Origin: an uncultured Verrucomicrobiae bacterium
GTDB lineage: Bacteria; Verrucomicrobiota; Verrucomicrobiia; Chthoniobacterales; Xiphinematobacteraceae
Direction: 5' to 3'
Length of the DNA: 64,000 bases
Assembly: GCA_963706715.1 (NCBI GenBank)
Contig: CAVPNI010000001.1
Location: forward strand, 160,001-224,000
The position numbers and the translations under genes were made by a program. Shown here one piece after another: positions 61,643 to 64,000 of this stretch. Within the stretch, counting starts at the first letter, position 1. Every line of letters starts with the position of its first letter. The notes beneath the pieces were generated by a model. The model searched no databases. It was given only the letters and a program-made list of their open reading frames with translations, and had not been told where the DNA came from.

Positions 61643-62020
61643 ATGAAAGAACACCCTGATAAGAATTTTGGCATCGCTCACCTTGGATTGGATTTTTGGA
61701 GGAAAGTCGTCGATGAGAATCCGTATTCTTATAAAAGAAATGACGTTTTGCTTTGCGTAGCTGATGATGGCAGGGTACTATGCCACCAGTTTCTTCCTTC
61801 CAGCGAACTTCGAATATACGAATGTGCCAGTCAATCCCAGGCAATGGGATGCTCAACTTTGATACGTATCCAGGAACATCCGCGTGATCTAAAAGATCCC
61901 TTTCAAATCGATAGCTATACAACAAGATCCTTGTACAAAGCCGCTTACCATTATGAAATGCAATTGGCTGAGGTCGTATGGCTTTCTCCGGAAAAGATAA
62001 GACCCATTTTGAATTTATAG
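61643..62020 (+). CDS. RadC/JAB-like protein with degenerate active site (copy 3)
   Basis: QEHPRDLKDPFQID; same paralog signature. Confidence 0.6.
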   Translation: MKEHPDKNFGIAHLGLDFWRKVVDENPYSYKRNDVLLCVADDGRVLCHQFLPSSELRIYECASQSQAMGCSTLIRIQEHPRDLKDPFQIDSYTTRSLYKAAYHYEMQLAEVVWLSPEKIRPILNL

Positions 62021-62183
62021 GAACTATCCCCTCGGAAAATTCCTCGAAAGAACACCACCCCGCCTCTCCCGAGCTGTTTTTTCCTCCGATTTCCTGGATT
62101 CCTGGAAACGGCAGTTTCTCTATCTTTTGGAAATGCTGAACGCAACTGTCACAGGCGCAGGTTACTACTGCTTTCTACGACCG

Positions 62184-63281
62184 TTAAGCGTTGTCGTCCT
62201 CGTCCTGGATATGGAAAATTGTTCCTAATGTAGCTTCAAAATAATGAGTTGCAACAGTAATTGGGACTAACTGTCGTCCTTGTGGAACTGTAAAGAAATA
62301 TTGTCTCGCTTTTAAGCGCACTCCGTTAATCACCCGCTGTCTCTGGTTCCCCACCTGTACTCCATTTACAGTTTCGTCTTCCGTAACCGTCATATCCGGG
62401 ATGGGTCCCTCGACAGATACTCTACGCGGTCTTTCCTGTCGCGGCGACGCGTCAAATTGATAGTTAGTGCAGTCCCATTCTGTTCTTTGCAATCTCGTTG
62501 TTTCTTCAGGGTTGCCATTCCTCTCTCGGACATGAAAATACTCGCGCACGGTTGCAGGGCCATGCTTGTCCCGAGCATCCGGGTCGTGCGTATAATCTGA
62601 TGTTGAAGGATATTTATTTATTTCTGGATTTATAATGTTCAGATTATTCCTCAGGAAGTCAGTTACTTGCTTTACTAGTACCGCCCTTTGCTGAAATCTA
62701 AGGTTTTTTATTTTTTCTTTGATGTTACGGCCCGTATTATCATCCGTAATATCCTCATTTAGATTGAATACCTCTCTCAATTGCTCAGGAATCCCCGTGT
62801 TGGCCCCTTCCATCACGTTTTTAAGCTCTTCAAGAAATAGCCGAACTCGAACTGGATGAGGGTTTGTTTTAGTCAATTCCTTTTTCAACTCATCCAATAC
62901 CTTTTTATGTTCCATTATCCACGCCTTCACTAACCGCTTTTCACCTTGCTGAATATTCGTTTCCGGAAGCGCAAGGGTATTTGTTGTAAACTCCCTGATA
63001 TTATTGTCGATTCTATTTATTACGTTAGTCAGATCGTCTTTATGAGACCTCTCTAACTTGAAAATGAAATTAGAAGCGGATGCGCCTGAAACAGCCCTCC
63101 TGCGTCGATTCGTTTCTGTCAAAACGCGCTGATTCAGTCGAAAACTTGCGGGGTTTTGACTCTGGACAGTTTCTGGATTTTCCATTTGCCTCCAGAGATT
63201 ATTTAACCGAGAAGTTTCAGTTTGGAGCGGTTGAGAGGTGGCCCTAGCAGGCGCTGATTGATTAGTAATTGATATGGACAT
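62184..63281 (-). CDS. Orphan protein, effector-like
   Basis: 365 aa; Ser/Thr/Gln-rich N-terminus, coiled middle, globular C-terminus; very AT-rich upstream. Confidence 0.65.
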   Translation of the reverse strand: MSISITNQSAPARATSQPLQTETSRLNNLWRQMENPETVQSQNPASFRLNQRVLTETNRRRRAVSGASASNFIFKLERSHKDDLTNVINRIDNNIREFTTNTLALPETNIQQGEKRLVKAWIMEHKKVLDELKKELTKTNPHPVRVRLFLEELKNVMEGANTGIPEQLREVFNLNEDITDDNTGRNIKEKIKNLRFQQRAVLVKQVTDFLRNNLNIINPEINKYPSTSDYTHDPDARDKHGPATVREYFHVRERNGNPEETTRLQRTEWDCTNYQFDASPRQERPRRVSVEGPIPDMTVTEDETVNGVQVGNQRQRVINGVRLKARQYFFTVPQGRQLVPITVATHYFEATLGTIFHIQDEDDNA

Positions 63282-63609
63282 ATTTTCGATAGAGATTTTT
63301 CTTATTTAGATAGTATAATATTAATGATATGTTTTTTATGTTTCTTAATTACTATTGAAAATTAGTTTATTAAAAAATTAGAATTGATATGCTGACATTT
63401 AGCAAAATGTTTACTCAGAGCTAGTAGCAATAGCACAAATTTATATTGAGCGGCAAGATCGGTGCTCGCTATTTCGATTTATTGCATGCAAATAATCGAC
63501 ATGGATTGGGGAAAGTCATACCCTATTCTGGTTGGATTGTTTACATGGCATAATGAACTGTATTATTTTATAAATGTCAAATTAATCATTTTGCAGAATT
63601 GATCCGGAT

Positions 63610-64000
63610 TTATGGACAATTAAATACGGCATCCATGCGATCGTTATACAAGATGTCTAATAGTAGCATGTTTAGATTTGATCTAAAAAGCGACGGCGGG
63701 GGAGGCATCCATCTGTCTTTGCTCTTATGCTGGAATATGTCTGTAGGGGGCAGGTCTGATGAGAGGATGTCCCCTTTCCGGATTCGGCTAATGGTCCGTT
63801 CACGGTCATTGTAGGCGGTTTCCCAGTAGGAGCCATCGGAGAGGATCTCCTTTGTGAGACGTCCATCGAGACCAATGGGAGATATATACCCATTCAACAT
63901 GAAGAAACCGTCTGAATGGCATGGAAGTCGTCGGTATCTTCAATAGCGATGGGCATAGGCTGCCAGAGTGTCTGAAACTGCGGCGATTTCTATTCATACG
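63610..64000 (-). pseudogene. Probable RHS/YD-repeat remnant
   Basis: GLDGRLTKEILSDGSYWETAYND; broken frames; shares DNA similarity with 13108-13214. Confidence 0.4.

Overview
Bacterial chromosome segment, most consistent with a Verrucomicrobia-like and probably host-associated organism (inference from gene style, heavy IS/MITE load and pseudogenes). Housekeeping blocks are tyrA-aroA-cmk-plsC, yitJ, rpsT, tRNA-CAT, ffh-rpsP-khpA-ndk, fadD, luxE/luxC-like, TPR-exbB-exbD-exbD-vWA, rlpA and ftsK-rodZ-rimO. Between them lie: (i) a 92-bp tandem array derived from a dispersed palindromic repeat family; (ii) a ruined group II intron hit by three other elements; (iii) two giant paralogous autotransporters separated by an intact ISL3; (iv) IS1, IS4, IS66, IS630 and IS701 remnants plus two MITE families, one of which has inserted into its own IS630 partner; (v) from about 53.5 kb, an island region around a tRNA-Thr 3' fragment. 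That region holds a dead tyrosine integrase, an RHS toxin with an orphan toxin tip and an array of lipoprotein-like immunity paralogs, a triple-HTH protein, and three tandem RadC/JAB-like proteins that lack the catalytic residues. All calls come from reading the sequence by eye; no searches were run.
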